A DNA stretch of 62,930 nucleotides, filler included, from Folioceros fuciformis (lineage: Eukaryota): assembly GCA_049999805.1 (NCBI GenBank). It is 7 parts of 7 records of this genome, joined end to end, with 100 filler letters (N's around TTAATTAATTAA, not from the genome) between each part and the next. Parts side by side here need not be neighbours in the genome. Positions count along the whole stretch, not along the records: positions 44,349 to 49,138 come from JBNGIO010003579.1; positions 49,239 to 54,309 come from JBNGIO010003580.1; positions 54,410 to 56,317 come from JBNGIO010003581.1; positions 56,418 to 60,598 come from JBNGIO010003582.1; 3 more parts are not named here. One strand, given 5' to 3'. The position numbers and the translations under genes are program-made. Within the stretch, counting starts at the first letter, position 1. Each line of letters opens with the position of its first letter. This document shows positions 45,736 through 57,760 of the stretch, one piece after another. The notes under the pieces were generated by a model. It did no database searches and was not told the origin of the DNA. It saw nothing but the letters and a program-made list of their open reading frames with translations.

Positions 45736-47980
45736 AGGTCAGGGCAGGCCAGGTCAGGGCAGGCGAGGCTGGCCGCTGCTCCACAGCCAGCCAGAACGCG
45801 TTCAGGGCCGGGGCCCTGCCAGCCCCTACGTTATCCGTGTCCCCGGCAGAGTATGGAGTGTACGGGAGGAAGAAGAGCCGTGCGGGGGAGGAAGCAGCTT
45901 GCGAATAGCAGAGAGTCCGGATCTGGCCTCCAGTGCGGTGATGAGCATGACCTCAGCGAGTTGTGAACAGTCTGATCCAGGGCGGCCATTGGAGCTCCCG
46001 GGTTGCCGCACTCATGCAAAATCTGAGCTCTAGACAAACACACGCACGCACTTTGCGAAGCCCTTGCCAGTTCGTCCACACAATACCTGCACGGACGGCA
46101 GCGGAGTGTACTGCAGGGCAAGGGCTTGATATGCTCTGTGGAAACCTGGACAAAGGAGGGTGCTGTATGCCACACAGCTTTAGGAAATGGGCCATGGCAG
46201 GGCAATAATGAATGTTCGGCACAGCTCCACCAGGGACAGATGCAACATTGGACCCTAGCGATCACATGTTGTGGTAGGAGCTTGGGAACCATCTCGAGGA
46301 CATCAAAAGGTGTCTCCTCGGGGTCAAAATATGTTTTGTTTTCTCTGGAAACTGGGGTGTTTATTATTAAAAAAGAGACTATCCGTTCTCTTTTTTACCA
46401 TTTTTGTATGAGAAAGAAAGGCGATGAGTAAGGCTTTTCAAAGATGCCTCATGCATCTCTACAAAGTACTAAAAGGTCGTGAGGGAGTATTATAGTCTCA
46501 AGCATATGATTGGCCTCTTCTCCTTTCTGGGCGGCTTTTTAAGTGCAACAAGTCTCATTCTCCCCTTCTCCTCTTCTCCTCCCTCCAGTATTGTGCTCTA
46601 TGCTGTATTGTTCTCCATGTTCTCCATTGTGTTCTATGTGCATTGTTCTCCACCCTTGTGTTTCACTCTACATTGTTCTCCATTGGGCATTGGCCAGCAT
46701 TCTATACAGGACAATACAGGACAATAACATATTGAGAGGACAATAACATATTGAGAGGGCAGGCATTGGCCTGAGTTCAAGAGCATATTCCATACATGGG
46801 CATTATCTCATGTCCTATGCAGAACAATACTAAAGCTTTCATAGTTGATCTAGGATTGTGTTAAGACTTGCCAAATTTTATAAAGGAGGTAGGTCACCCT
46901 CCATAGTAGATGGTACCAACGAGATTTCCATGGCTTTTGAGAAAGGCTAGTCAGGGCAATTTACAAGAGGACACAGGGCAATTTACAAGAGGGCTAATGA
47001 GTGCTGAAAATAAGGCATGAGTCATTAGTACGAGTTGTGCATAAAGTTTTATTCATCTCAAAGCACAACATTCTTGTAGCTATTGCTAGCTGCTTTGTTC
47101 TTAGCTCCATGGTGGGTTCTTCCTTCTTAATATGCGAATCTAAGGGATGGTCTTTAGCTTTCAATAATCTTCACATTCCATGTATTATACTCATGTTGTT
47201 TCAATGTTTTTAACTTAATGGTAGTTAACCGTACATATTTTATAGAACTTAGATGGATCATCTATTCATACAATGGATCATGGCAATAGATCATCTATTC
47301 ATACATCAAACAACTAATTATTCCATACTTGAATTTAACCTGCATGAAATAAAGATAATGAGTAATATCCTGTTATCTATCCTAATAAACTTTTTGCATC
47401 CACATTAAGTTAAGTTAAGTGCGGTCAATCTCAAGCCATGAAAGCTGTTTTGTAATGTGGAGTGGTGTACATCTAGAGTATGAAGCAACTAATCTTTCTT
47501 ATCACATATTTGATTAAGTTTGTTCTTACTTGGTGCGTTTCATACATAGAATCAAACAATGCTAGAGAACGTTTGTGTCTATCTGTTTGTGGACATGTGC
47601 AACAAAAGTACGTCTATGCTTTCTTAGACAACAAGTGCAAGAAAAGACCCAATAAAATGTAGTACTCATAGATTTACAAAAAGACGTGTCCATTCTTCAA
47701 TACAAGAACATGAGCAGTTGTTGCCTTGACTTGTGCAAGACTAGCATTCTACATTATGGATTCAATGTCAATACACCATGAAATAAATGGAAGGGGAGCT
47801 CAAGTGCCTAAAACCAACCATGGCACACATAATAGTGAGAAAGGAGTACAAGTGAAACCTAAACAAACAATGATGCTCATGGTGCATAAGTAATACAAAG
47901 AGGAAGTAAATTAACTATTGACTATAACAGGAGTAGCTTCTATTGGAGGGATAGAGGATGGCCAAGGAATTGAATTAGGC

Positions 47981-49107
47981 TCAAACGTTGTTAGGTACAG
48001 ATGGAACAGAAGTGCCTATGGGCACAGTTGCACTAAAGGGGAGAGCAGTAGAAGTGGGTATGGGCACAGTTGCACTAGAGGGGGCAGGTGGATCTTGAGT
48101 AGGTATTGTGGGATTACCATTTGATGTCACAATCACTTGCTCATTTGATGTAGTTGTGGGTGCATTGCTAGTGGAAACAACATGAGGAGTCTTACCTGCT
48201 GATTTCGGAGGTTTCCCATAATCTTTTGTAATAGGTTCTTTAGCTGTAAATGGTGTAGTGTGCATTAAGNNNNNNNNNNNNNNNNNNNNNNNNNNNNNNN
48301 NNNNNNNNNNNNNNNNNNNNNNNNNNNNNNNNNNNNNNNNNNNNNNNNNNNNNNNNNNNNNNNNNNNNNCTGTAGTACTTTGTGGCATATAATGTCTCCG
48401 CACAAGAATTTTTGGGGTAGCAAAACTCAGGATTGCTAGGAATCTGCAGCAGCAAAAGCAAAAGCAAGCAAACAAATAATCATGTTGGTCCATTCTTGTT
48501 ACCACATGTACTTCATTAAATCTTATAATATGTCATTCCAACAACATACCAGCGGCTTAGACACCCAACCATATTCATGAGATGAAGTTTGAGGACAATC
48601 CCATTTCTCAATTGGAGTTGCATCAGGCCTTTTCAGAATGGAGACCATTCCCAGCACCTTCAAGGAGGCTTCATACTCTTCCTTGGTAACTTTACATCTT
48701 CAATGCAAAGATATACAGACATTACATCTTGCTAGTTCCACAACTTCGTGAACCAAAGTTGAAATCAGATCAAGAAACTCAATCTCCATCAGAGCCATCA
48801 TAGTTGACATTGAAACATACCTCTTGTCTTAGGATTACAATACTGCGGTCTATCTGGAATATTAATCACTACACCACACAACCATGCTGTAATTAAAAGG
48901 TGTTAAACTTTACAAACATAAGCCAAGAACTTATTGAGCATTCAAAGATAGGACCATGTGTAAAGCCTCATACACATGTAATGCCCTACATGTGAGAGGA
49001 TTCATCATAAAAGGGCCTCCTACATTGTTATAGATTGCATTTTCTTTCTCCACATGTTCAGACCAAATCTTGTTTACTCCAACCTCATCTAACTCCTTAG
49101 ACCACAT
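47981..49107 (-). CDS. CFAP144: FAM183/CFAP144-like axonemal microtubule-inner protein; exons 49107-48990, 48868-48821, 48689-48550, 48443-onward; 3' end uncertain
   Basis: Spliced: MWSKELDEVGVNKIWSEHVEKE...FMMNPLT|LINIPDRPQ...|...PIEKWDCPQTSSHEYGWVSKPL|IPSNPEFCYPKNSCAETLYATKYY. All introns are GT-AG and phases are consistent (118+48+140 nt). The 'P.EK...PQT.S.E.GW..KPL' core resembles FAM183. Confidence 0.75.
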
Positions 49108-49757
49108 CCCCCCATGAGCATATGATGCTACTTCTTTCNNNNNNNNNNNNNNNNNNNNNNNNNNNNNNNNNNNNNNNNNNNNTTAATTAATTAANNNNNN
49201 NNNNNNNNNNNNNNNNNNNNNNNNNNNNNNNNNNNNNNAAGCCAACCTCTTCCCGAGGTACCAGTTAACTTCCTCCTTTGTGTTCACTCCCTCGATTTGC
49301 AGCAGGGAGGTGCTAGGGTACTGATTGGACTTGGACCTTCAAGATGCCGTTCACTATTACATTAAGCCCTACAAGTGCGCAGCCCTCCCAACTCCCCTCC
49401 CAGGAGGTGCAAACCGTAGGTCAAGCAAAAGACGCTGGCAACGATGAGCTTACCTCTTGTAGCCCAAAACAATCCCTCGGACGTACAACCTGCGCGTTAC
49501 AGCACGCCAACACAGGGAACCTGAAAGTCAGCAAAACATACACCAGCCACAGTCCGGAAGAATTCGGGCTCGATACACAAGTCAGTCCAGGACTCCTACA
49601 ACAGAGGAGATCAGCGAGACGGAAAAGCCGACGTACCTCACGTTCTCGCCTTTGGTTCCTGGCATCCTGAGCGACGATGAACGATCTGGGCGCTGGCGGC
49701 CGGAGCAGTGAGAACACGAAAGAGAGCTTCAGGTTTCAATCCGAGCACTATATGTAA

Positions 49758-49765
49758 AAACCCTA
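49758..49765 (+). promoter_or_regulatory. Telo-box (AAACCCTA) upstream of RRF
   Basis: Exact motif ~190 bp before the ATG of a translation-factor gene; telo-boxes are common in such plant promoters. Confidence 0.4.
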
Positions 49766-49955
49766 GGAGGCCATATGTGTACGTCTGTCTGAAAAATATG
49801 TACATACGTATTCGTATGTAAATATGGAATATTGGTAGCAGGCAAATAACGCAAAATCAAGATAACGGGGAACGGAGTTTTCTATTCACCGTTTGATCCT
49901 CAACTCTGATCACATTCAAAACGGGGTGATTTGCGCAGACGGCGTCATCCGCAGA

Positions 49956-51591
49956 ATGGCTATGGCGATGGCAGGCGTTGCTGCCACCTGCTCTACTTCC
50001 CACACACTTGCTGCCTCGCCGACTCCACGGTACTACTGCCACCAGCAGCTGCATTCAGGCACCAACTCTATCCGTCCTACTTCGTGGTGCTGGATTGGAA
50101 ATTCAAGGGCTGGCGGATTGGCATGAAGTGCTGTCTCTGCACTCTGATAGTGTGGTGCTTTGGTTTGCAGACACTGGATTCAGCAGGTGCTACTTGGTTT
50201 CCGGATCGAAGCGGGGGCTATGGAGCTTGCCGCATCAGCTGAGCACGCCCACCAGGCAGCGGGCGTTGCAGGCTTCCAAAGTTGCTACCCGGCCTCATGT
50301 TGGGAGGTGGGTTCTGCGGGAGTGTAGCAACTTGGCTGTAATTTGGGTTTTGGTTGGGTGACGCGTTGAGGGTTACTGTGGTGGCAGGTTCATGCCTGCG
50401 CGAGCTGCCACTGCCGAAGACGTAGAAGCTGAGAAGGAGCTTATTGAGGAGGATGCTGTGAGTATGTGGGGAAGGTTCGGATTTTGCTGCCAAATTCTGT
50501 GCTGGAAAGTTTTGGCTCTCAGTGGCTAAACTTGGGTTGATCTGAGCAGATGGAGAGGATGGAGAAGAGCTTGGAGGCTGTGAAGGCGAATTTCAACACA
50601 GTGAGGACGGGAAGGGCTAGCCCGTCTTTACTTGACAGAGTGGAGGTTTGGGGATCGGACCCTGGTTTTGGGTTGTAGCTTGGAGCTTGTGGAATGGGCT
50701 TAATTCTCTGGATTTTGTGGGATCTGTCAGGTAGAATACTATGGTAGCTCGGTTATTCTGAAAAGCATTGCTCAGGTGACCACACCGGATGGCAGCACCA
50801 TTCTCGTCCAGCCATTTGACAAGTCCAGGTGACTGGATGTCTTCTTGTCACATCCTCGTATGTCCTTGTTCTCCTTCTGAATCAGTAACGCTGAAAGTAT
50901 GCAAGTTGATGCCGTCCTGCAGTCTGTCAGCCATTGAAAAGGCTATCACGAAGTCTGACTTGGGGCTGACACCGAGCAACGATGGAAGTGTAATACGGCT
51001 TATCATACCGCAGCTGACAGCTGAAAGGAGGAAGGTTTGTGACAAATTGTGGCCAATACAGCATTCCGATTGGCCATCTAGCGTAACAGAGAGGACGGGC
51101 TGCTTGTTGCAGGAACTTCTGAAACTGGTGTCAAAATTGGCAGAGGAGGGCAAGGTAGCAGTCAGGAATGTTCGACGGGATGCAATCAAAGCATATGAGA
51201 AACTGGAGAAGGTTTTGCTTCACTCTTGTAATCGGTGACATTTGGAGGGTTTATTCCAAAAGGAAAGAAGCGTCACTCTGTAGTGGTGCTTGCTTTCAGG
51301 AGAAGAAGCTATCCACCGACAACGTGAAGGACCTTTCAGGGGAGATCCAGGTTGGTTGTGAAGGCTCAAGTTGGACTTTCTGGCTAACATAGGTTGATTG
51401 ATCGACAAGCCATTGAACCTGGTGGCGAGGTGCTTCGCAGAAACTCACGGACGATTATGTGAAGAAAATCGATGGCCTGTTTAAGCAGAAAGAGAAGGTA
51501 TGTATAATGCATAAGGTGGTGAGGATCTTCATGACGGTGGTTGAAAGCACGATCTGACATTCATGAGATGCAGGAGCTTACCACGGTCTGA
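49956..51591 (+). CDS. RRF: Chloroplast ribosome recycling factor (multi-exon)
   Basis: '[35 protein letters not shown]', '[27 protein letters not shown]', '[16 protein letters not shown]', 'QKEK|ELTTV*'; transit-peptide-like first exon. Confidence 0.93.
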
Positions 51592-51939
51592 GCTGGCCCA
51601 GGATCTGCGCCATCAGGGGGCACATGCTTTGCAAACGGGCTCTAAAAGCAATGTAAAAGCTTTTGTCCGCCTCAAGGGAACTCTTGGGAACAAAACGACC
51701 TACTCATGGACTAACAACTTTCAATGCGAGTAAGCTGGAGTTTGACAACCATCCTTCTCCATCGATTTTTCCTTGGCGATCTAAAATTTACAAAATCGCC
51801 CATCACGGTAAATGCTGTAGCTACCTGGAGGGGCTGCCTTTGGAGGTTGTAGCTTATTTCAAACTTTCATCTTGCTTCTGTTTGTAGAGCCTTTCCTGCG
51901 TCCCCTAGATTCGAGCTTAGCTTGCTCGATTGTATTATG

Positions 51940-52300
51940 AAGGAGTCCATCTTGGTGGTGGTTGTGGTTGCCTACCAAAAATGAGTGCACCGTCAGTCTC
52001 CTCATGCTGAATCCAGCTCTGGTGAGGCCTCTTCGACTCACCTACTGTGTGTCTCGTGTCATCTGCGTCACGTGTGAGATGGACATGTAGTGCTTGAAGA
52101 GAGGCGACGACACGAAGTGTATCCAGATCACCCGTTTTGTCAATGGAGACTATGCTGCAGCCCACCTCACGCGCATGGCAACCAGTGCACTGCCGACGAA
52201 GACATCCTGCTCAATCCCCTAGCAAGCAGCTTCAGCATGTTGATNNNNNNNNNNCCGCATCCGTGCAGAGCACTACCAAGGCCATTAGGCAAAGCCGTCA
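51940..52300 (-). pseudogene. PPR relic with S motif and canonical (SWI-type) PG-box/E+ remnant
   Basis: 'GIEQDVFVGSALVAM' (52174-52218), 'KRPHQSWIQ' (~52007-52035) and 'VHSFLVGNHNHHQ' (51951-51990) in different frames. Confidence 0.7.
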
Positions 52301-53370
52301 CTTGGTTGGATCCAAGCACAGAGTTGGCTGACCTCGAGGTGATCACGCTTGTGAACTGTGGTAGCCTCGCAGACTGCATGGCCATCGTTTTGGATGACTG
52401 CCCTCACAGTTTTGTCCTGGACAGCCATCAAAGCATGTTATCCCAAGGCAGGGCAATGCAACGAAGCTATTACGTGGTCCTAGCGGATGCAGCAGAATGC
52501 AGTGGAGCCCAACCCTTCATATGCGTGAGGCTTCATAATACCCACCACGGTACAAAATTCTTTTGTGGGTGTGGTCAAATCTTGTTCACAGCAGATCAAA
52601 TCTTGAATGCTGAACGGGGCATGAGGGTTCACGCTGAAGCAAGGATGTACCTGTCTACGCACATATTTCCTCCGGTTCACGTATCTTTCATATCCATAGG
52701 ACGGTGGAGATACCGTGACACGTTTGCTTACAGATGTCATGCACTTTGGGTTCTCTGGGAGGGAGAAAAATCGTGGAAACAGACCCACACATGTTCCATG
52801 GCCTCTCACACAAGTCAGCAACAGCTGTTGTTTTGTGTACAGCTTTACCCAACTGGACATCGTAAAGGTGAAGTCAGCGACCCAAGGGAGCAACCGGCAG
52901 CCCGCTCGAGATCTGCAGAAACTGCAGGCAGGACAGCAATGGCGGCATCCGCTGGACAACCCAACGAACAAGGTATCCTGAAAACAGAGACCTATGCTGT
53001 GCCCTGTAACAGAGTGGTCAAGTCAATTTGGGACAGTGACATGGCTATTTTGAAAAGACGAAATCCGCGAAGCAAGGCTTCCTCGCTGTCAGGCCGCCCT
53101 TCTGGGTCGTCTCCAGACCCGCGCTGACCTCGGACCTATGTATATATATTCCTGTTGTTATCCACCGTCTGCTATCCAGTCCCACGTCAGCGTGCTCTCC
53201 CGTCACATCCTTAAATCTCCATCGCAAGCCTCATTCTTGACGCCTTTCACACGTTCAGCTTCCCGGCTCGTGCTTCCATTACAGAATCCGGCTCCCCATC
53301 GCAAGCGTCGCCGATCTTTGCTTGCCTGGGCATTTCAGCCGCCATCCAAGTTCCAAGAAGGTTGTGGGTC

Positions 53371-54309
53371 ATGGCCAGCGCGCGGGATCGTGCAGCTGCG
53401 GGCCTCTCGTTTCTGCTGCTTCTGCTCATGAGCTCGGTGCTGGCTCCAGTAGCAGAGGCGGGTGCCTCCGTTCCCAGCGGCCTCAACCCGTTCTTCTACA
53501 AGAAGTCGTGCCCTCAGTTCTACGCGATCGTGAAGCAAAACATCGACAAGTGGCTGGCTCAGGATGTCCAGAATGCTGCCCACCTGCTTCGTCTCCTCTT
53601 CCACGATGCCGTGGTGAATGTACGTATCGTGTGGTGCACACGTCTTGGCTAGCGCTGGAAGCTGCATCTGCAGGCCTAGGCCACTCTCGTCTCCTAATCA
53701 CCAGAACGTGCTCACGGTGTGCGGTGCGTCTCTGTGGAAATCACAGGGGGTCGACGCCTCTGTCATGATCGACAGCACTGCCACAAACAGCGGTGAAAAG
53801 GATGCGATTCCTAACAGGTCGCTGGTTGGATTCAACGTGATCGACGACATCAAGGAGCAACTAGAGGCAGTGTGCCCCAACACCATCTCTTGCGCCGACA
53901 TCCTGGTCACCAGCGTCAGAGACGCCATCGTCAAGGTAGCCAAACCTGCAGGCCAGACTTTTTCGCACTGCCTGCATTGCATCCACCAATTCTATCGTGC
54001 ATTCTCCTCATACTTCCTCCTTTCTGTCCTGTATCCGACCGCAGAGGGGCGCACCCTTCTACACCACGTACCTGGGCCGCAAGGATGGATTAATCAGCAG
54101 CGTGGGCCCGGCAAGCACCAACAACCCCTCCCCCAACCTGTTCGTAGACGGCGTGCTGGCCTCCTTCTCCTCAATCGGACTCGGGACGCCGGACGCAGTG
54201 GCTCTGTCAGGGGCCCACACCATCGGCAAGGGAGCTTGCGGCGCGGTCAGGAGGAGGCTCACCAACTTCAACGGGACCGGGCAGGCGGACCCAACCATCC
54301 CCCCGGGCT
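53371..54309 (+). CDS. Class III secretory peroxidase, truncated by contig end
   Basis: Signal peptide, 'FYKKSCP', 'LLRLLFHD...G.DAS', 'CPNTISCADIL', 'LGRKDG', 'VALSGAHTIG'; two introns at the usual class III positions. Confidence 0.92.
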
Positions 54310-54409
54310 NNNNNNNNNNNNNNNNNNNNNNNNNNNNNNNNNNNNNNNNNNNNTTAATTAATTAANNNNNNNNNNNNNNNNNNNNNNNNNNNNNNNNNNN
54401 NNNNNNNNN

Positions 54410-56317
54410 GGAACCTGACCAGCAGCCAGGTCGGCCAGCTGCATGCAAGCCGCAGCCAGGGCCGGTCGGGCTAGCAACAGGGTCAGGGAACTAGGAGTCG
54501 GACCGACCACAGGAGTGGGCCGGGACGAAGGTAGGCAGGCCAGCAAGCCGGCTGCCTGAGTGGATCAGGCATGGCGGTTGGTCAAGTTGGGCTGATAGCA
54601 GGAAGGCGCCTGGCTTGCAAGGAGCTGGCCGGGGTGGGCTTGAGTCGGGTAGTTGATGGCTGCAACGCGGGGAGCTGATTGGGAGGACTCGGGGGTGAAG
54701 TGCCTGGCTGTAGGAGCCAGGCGGCTCAGCAGGAAGCCAGGCCAAGCAGGCGGGCTGCCTGGCTGGNNNNNNNNNNNNNNNNNNNNNNNNNNNNNNNNNN
54801 NNNNNNNNNNNNNNNNNNNNNNNNNNNNNNNNNNNNNNNNNNNNNNNNNNNNNNNNNNNNNNNNNNGGCGGTGGAGAGATCTAACCAGCAGCGGCAGATG
54901 ACGGCTGCCTGCCTGATTCTGGAGCCGGGCTGGTTGCAGCTGGACCAAGCAACCAGCAGGCTGGCTGGGCAGGGGTTGGGTCATGACGACTCATCGCGGC
55001 GGGCCCAGACAGGCGCTGGCCGGATTGCCAGCCAGCTAGCGGGCAGGCCAGAAGCAGGCGATTTCGGCCAGGCATCCAGGCAGTTGCTAGGTAGCTTGGC
55101 AGCGGCTGCTGAGGAGCTGGCCGACGCCCCAGCGGCAAGGGCAGCCTGCAGGCAGATCCAGGCAGTCACCTAGGGTGGCCGATTGGCTAGGGGAGTCCTA
55201 GCCGGAGGGGGTGTCGATCGGCAGGCTGGCTACCTACTGGATCCGGAAGCCAAGCACCGGCCTGGCTGGAGGAGCCCAAGCAGCCAAGCAGGCTAGCCTG
55301 GCCTCTAGGCAGGTGAATCCAGCAAGCAGCCAGGTCGAGCAGGCTGGCTGCCTGGCTAGATCTAGAGGCCGAAGGCCAGCTAGCGGCCTCTGGCCAATTG
55401 GCCTGGGCCAACGGGCGATGGCCAGGGGAATCGGGCAAGTGGGCTAGTGCAAGACGGCTACCTAACCAGGTGCGGGAGAAGTAGGCCGCTCTGTGGGTTG
55501 GCTGCCTAGCCAGATCCAGGTCGGGCTAGCCAGTAGGCAAGCCTAGGCACACGGGCAGGTTGGCAAGGGGGGGCTTGCCAGGTCCGGCTGACTTCCCAGC
55601 CGGATCTAGCCAGCCAGCGGGCTCAGGTGGCCCCCTGGCTGGATCAGGGGATGCGTAGAGGGGTTGGCTCTTGGCGGACGGATCCAGCAAGCTGCCAGGC
55701 CGAGCAGGTTGGTTGCCTGACCGGATCCAGAAGGAGAGCAGGCTAGCTTGTGGCCTTTGGTAGGCAGCCGGCTGGGGGAAGTCTAGGCCGGGGAGGGATC
55801 CTAGCAAGTTGCTGGCCTAGCAGCAGCTGGTTGAGGATCAGGCAGCCCTGCCCGGCCAGGCAGCCAGGCAAGGCTGCCGGATCCAAGAGGCGGGCATGAT
55901 CGATGAGGCAGCAAGGCGGCCGGGGAAGCCGGGCAATCACTGGCTGCAGGAACCCAAGCAGCCAGGCAGACTGGCCTGGATCGTGGTGGGCAGGCGACCT
56001 TTGGGCAAGCGCCCGACTGCTAGGCAGCCGAGGCTGAATCGGGAGGCCGGCAGGTTGCTTAGAAGCTGCATGATTCGGGAGTAGGCTGGCGGATTCCGGC
56101 AGGCAAGAGGCTGATTTGCGGCCTCTGGGATGGAGGAGCCCATGGCGGCTGGCCAAGTCGGGTTGCTAGCAGGCAAGCCGCCCGGCTTGTAGGAGCTGGC
56201 CGGGGTGGGCTTGGGCCGGGCAGCAGAGGCTGAGCCGGCCATCAGCGGCCAGCCAGCGGATCAGGCTGCAGGTGAGCAGTCCGACAACCCTATATGGCAA
56301 GCGGCCCGGTAGGGTGC
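54410..56317. repeat. GC-rich low-complexity repetitive contig (CCAGC/GCTGG/GGATCC motifs) with a diverged internal direct repeat
   Basis: ~54580-54650 resembles ~56150-56220 (AGGAGCTGGCCGGGGTGGGCTTG shared). No credible ORF. Confidence 0.6.
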
Positions 56318-57179
56318 NNNNNNNNNNNNNNNNNNNNNNNNNNNNNNNNNNNNNNNNNNNNTTAATTAATTAANNNNNNNNNNNNNNNNNNNNNNNNNNN
56401 NNNNNNNNNNNNNNNNNGCGGAGTAGGAAGTGAGTGGACTCGGCGCGGGAGACCGTCGAAGCTGCACCTGCGGCTTTCCCCAAGCTTCCTCCGGCGCGAC
56501 CGTCCTGCTTCCGGGTCTGCTCATGCCGCACAAACTTCCTCCTGAGGGGCGACCCTGGGCACCGGGTTGCTGCTTCACCACCTCGTCCTCGTCCTCATCC
56601 GCCTGGCTACACGCTCCCACACGCCGCGCCAACAGCGACGCCAGCAAACGCAACGGCAGCGACAGCAGTAGCTCTGCAGAAGCTTCAAGGACGCCGACAA
56701 TGGCCGTCCTTGCCTAAGCCCCGCATTCGGCCCTCGCGCCAGGTCTAGTCGTCCTGGCCATACAAGGCCGTCCCCAGGCGGTCGACGGGCGCACTAGGCC
56801 TGTCGTCCCCGGCGGCCCGTTGCTGGTGGTGTGCACTCGCGGCAAACCCTGGACACTTCGCGAGTTTGACCGGCAACCAGGCCGGGTTACCGGTACCGGG
56901 ATAAGCCGGGACCCGCTCTTGACCGGTCAACGTGGAACACGCACGCACTTTCGACGCACTACAGTAGTTTCGCGTCCTTTGTAGTCATTTTAAATGCTGT
57001 TATTCTCGCAACGAGGCGCGTGTCCCACCTCCACCCGCGCGTGTCCACCACACTTTGCCTTCAAAACTTCCCATCCTCCCATACCCAGGAAACTTTACAA
57101 AAGATAACACAGAATGAAGAGTTTGACGCTGTGAATCTTCACCTGTGCTTATTAAAAGCTTAATCTTCATTAATTAGTA

Positions 57180-57640
57180 ATAAAAATAAAAATAAAAATA
57201 AAAATAAAAATAAAAATAAAAATAATTTCTATTATTGAAAAAAAAAAAAGATGAAAAATCCCATCTACTTCAAAGATTGGAAGAACAACAATCCATCTAC
57301 TCCAAAGATTGGAAGAACAATAATCCATCTATTCCAAACATTGGAAGAACAAACAATCCATCTACTCCAAAGNNNNNNNNNNNNNNNNNNNNNNNNNNNN
57401 NNNNNNNNNNNNNNNNNNNNNNNNNNNNNNNNNNNNNNNNNNNNNNNNNNNNNNNNNNNNNNNNNNNNNNNNCATCTACTCCAAAGATTGAAGGAACAAC
57501 AATCCATCTACTCCAAAAGATCATCTACTCCAAAGATTGAAGGAACAACAATCCATCTACTCCAAAAGATCATCTACTCCAAAGATTGAAGGAACAACAA
57601 TCCATCTACTCCAAAAAAAAATCTACTCCAAAGATTGGAA
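57180..57640. repeat. (TAAAAA)n run followed by ~33-bp tandem repeat ATCCATCTACTCCAAAGATTGGAAGAACAACA
   Basis: Directly visible, spanning a 100-N gap. Confidence 0.9.
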
Positions 57641-57702
57641 AAAGAACAATAAAAAGGCAAACAAAATTAGTAGCCCTTTCTAACAAAGCCTATGTACGTG
57701 AA

Positions 57703-57760
57703 GGGTTTGGGGTTTATGGTTTATGGGGGTTTAGGGTTTAGGGTTTACGGGGTTTAGGGT
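57703..57760 (+). repeat. Degenerate interstitial telomeric (TTTAGGG)n-like tract; shorter ones at ~127-143 and ~31752-31775
   Basis: GGGTTTAGGGTTTAGGGTTTACGGGGTTTAGGG. Confidence 0.75.

Noticed and set aside
52090-53127. 345-aa plus-strand ORF
   Set aside because: No recognisable domain, crosses an N gap, and is antisense to a PPR relic.
56418-56760. GC-rich ORF fragments at contig start
   Set aside because: No identifiable homology or clear start codon; cannot be supported.
57703-57760. True telomere
   Set aside because: Short, degenerate and internal to a contig.
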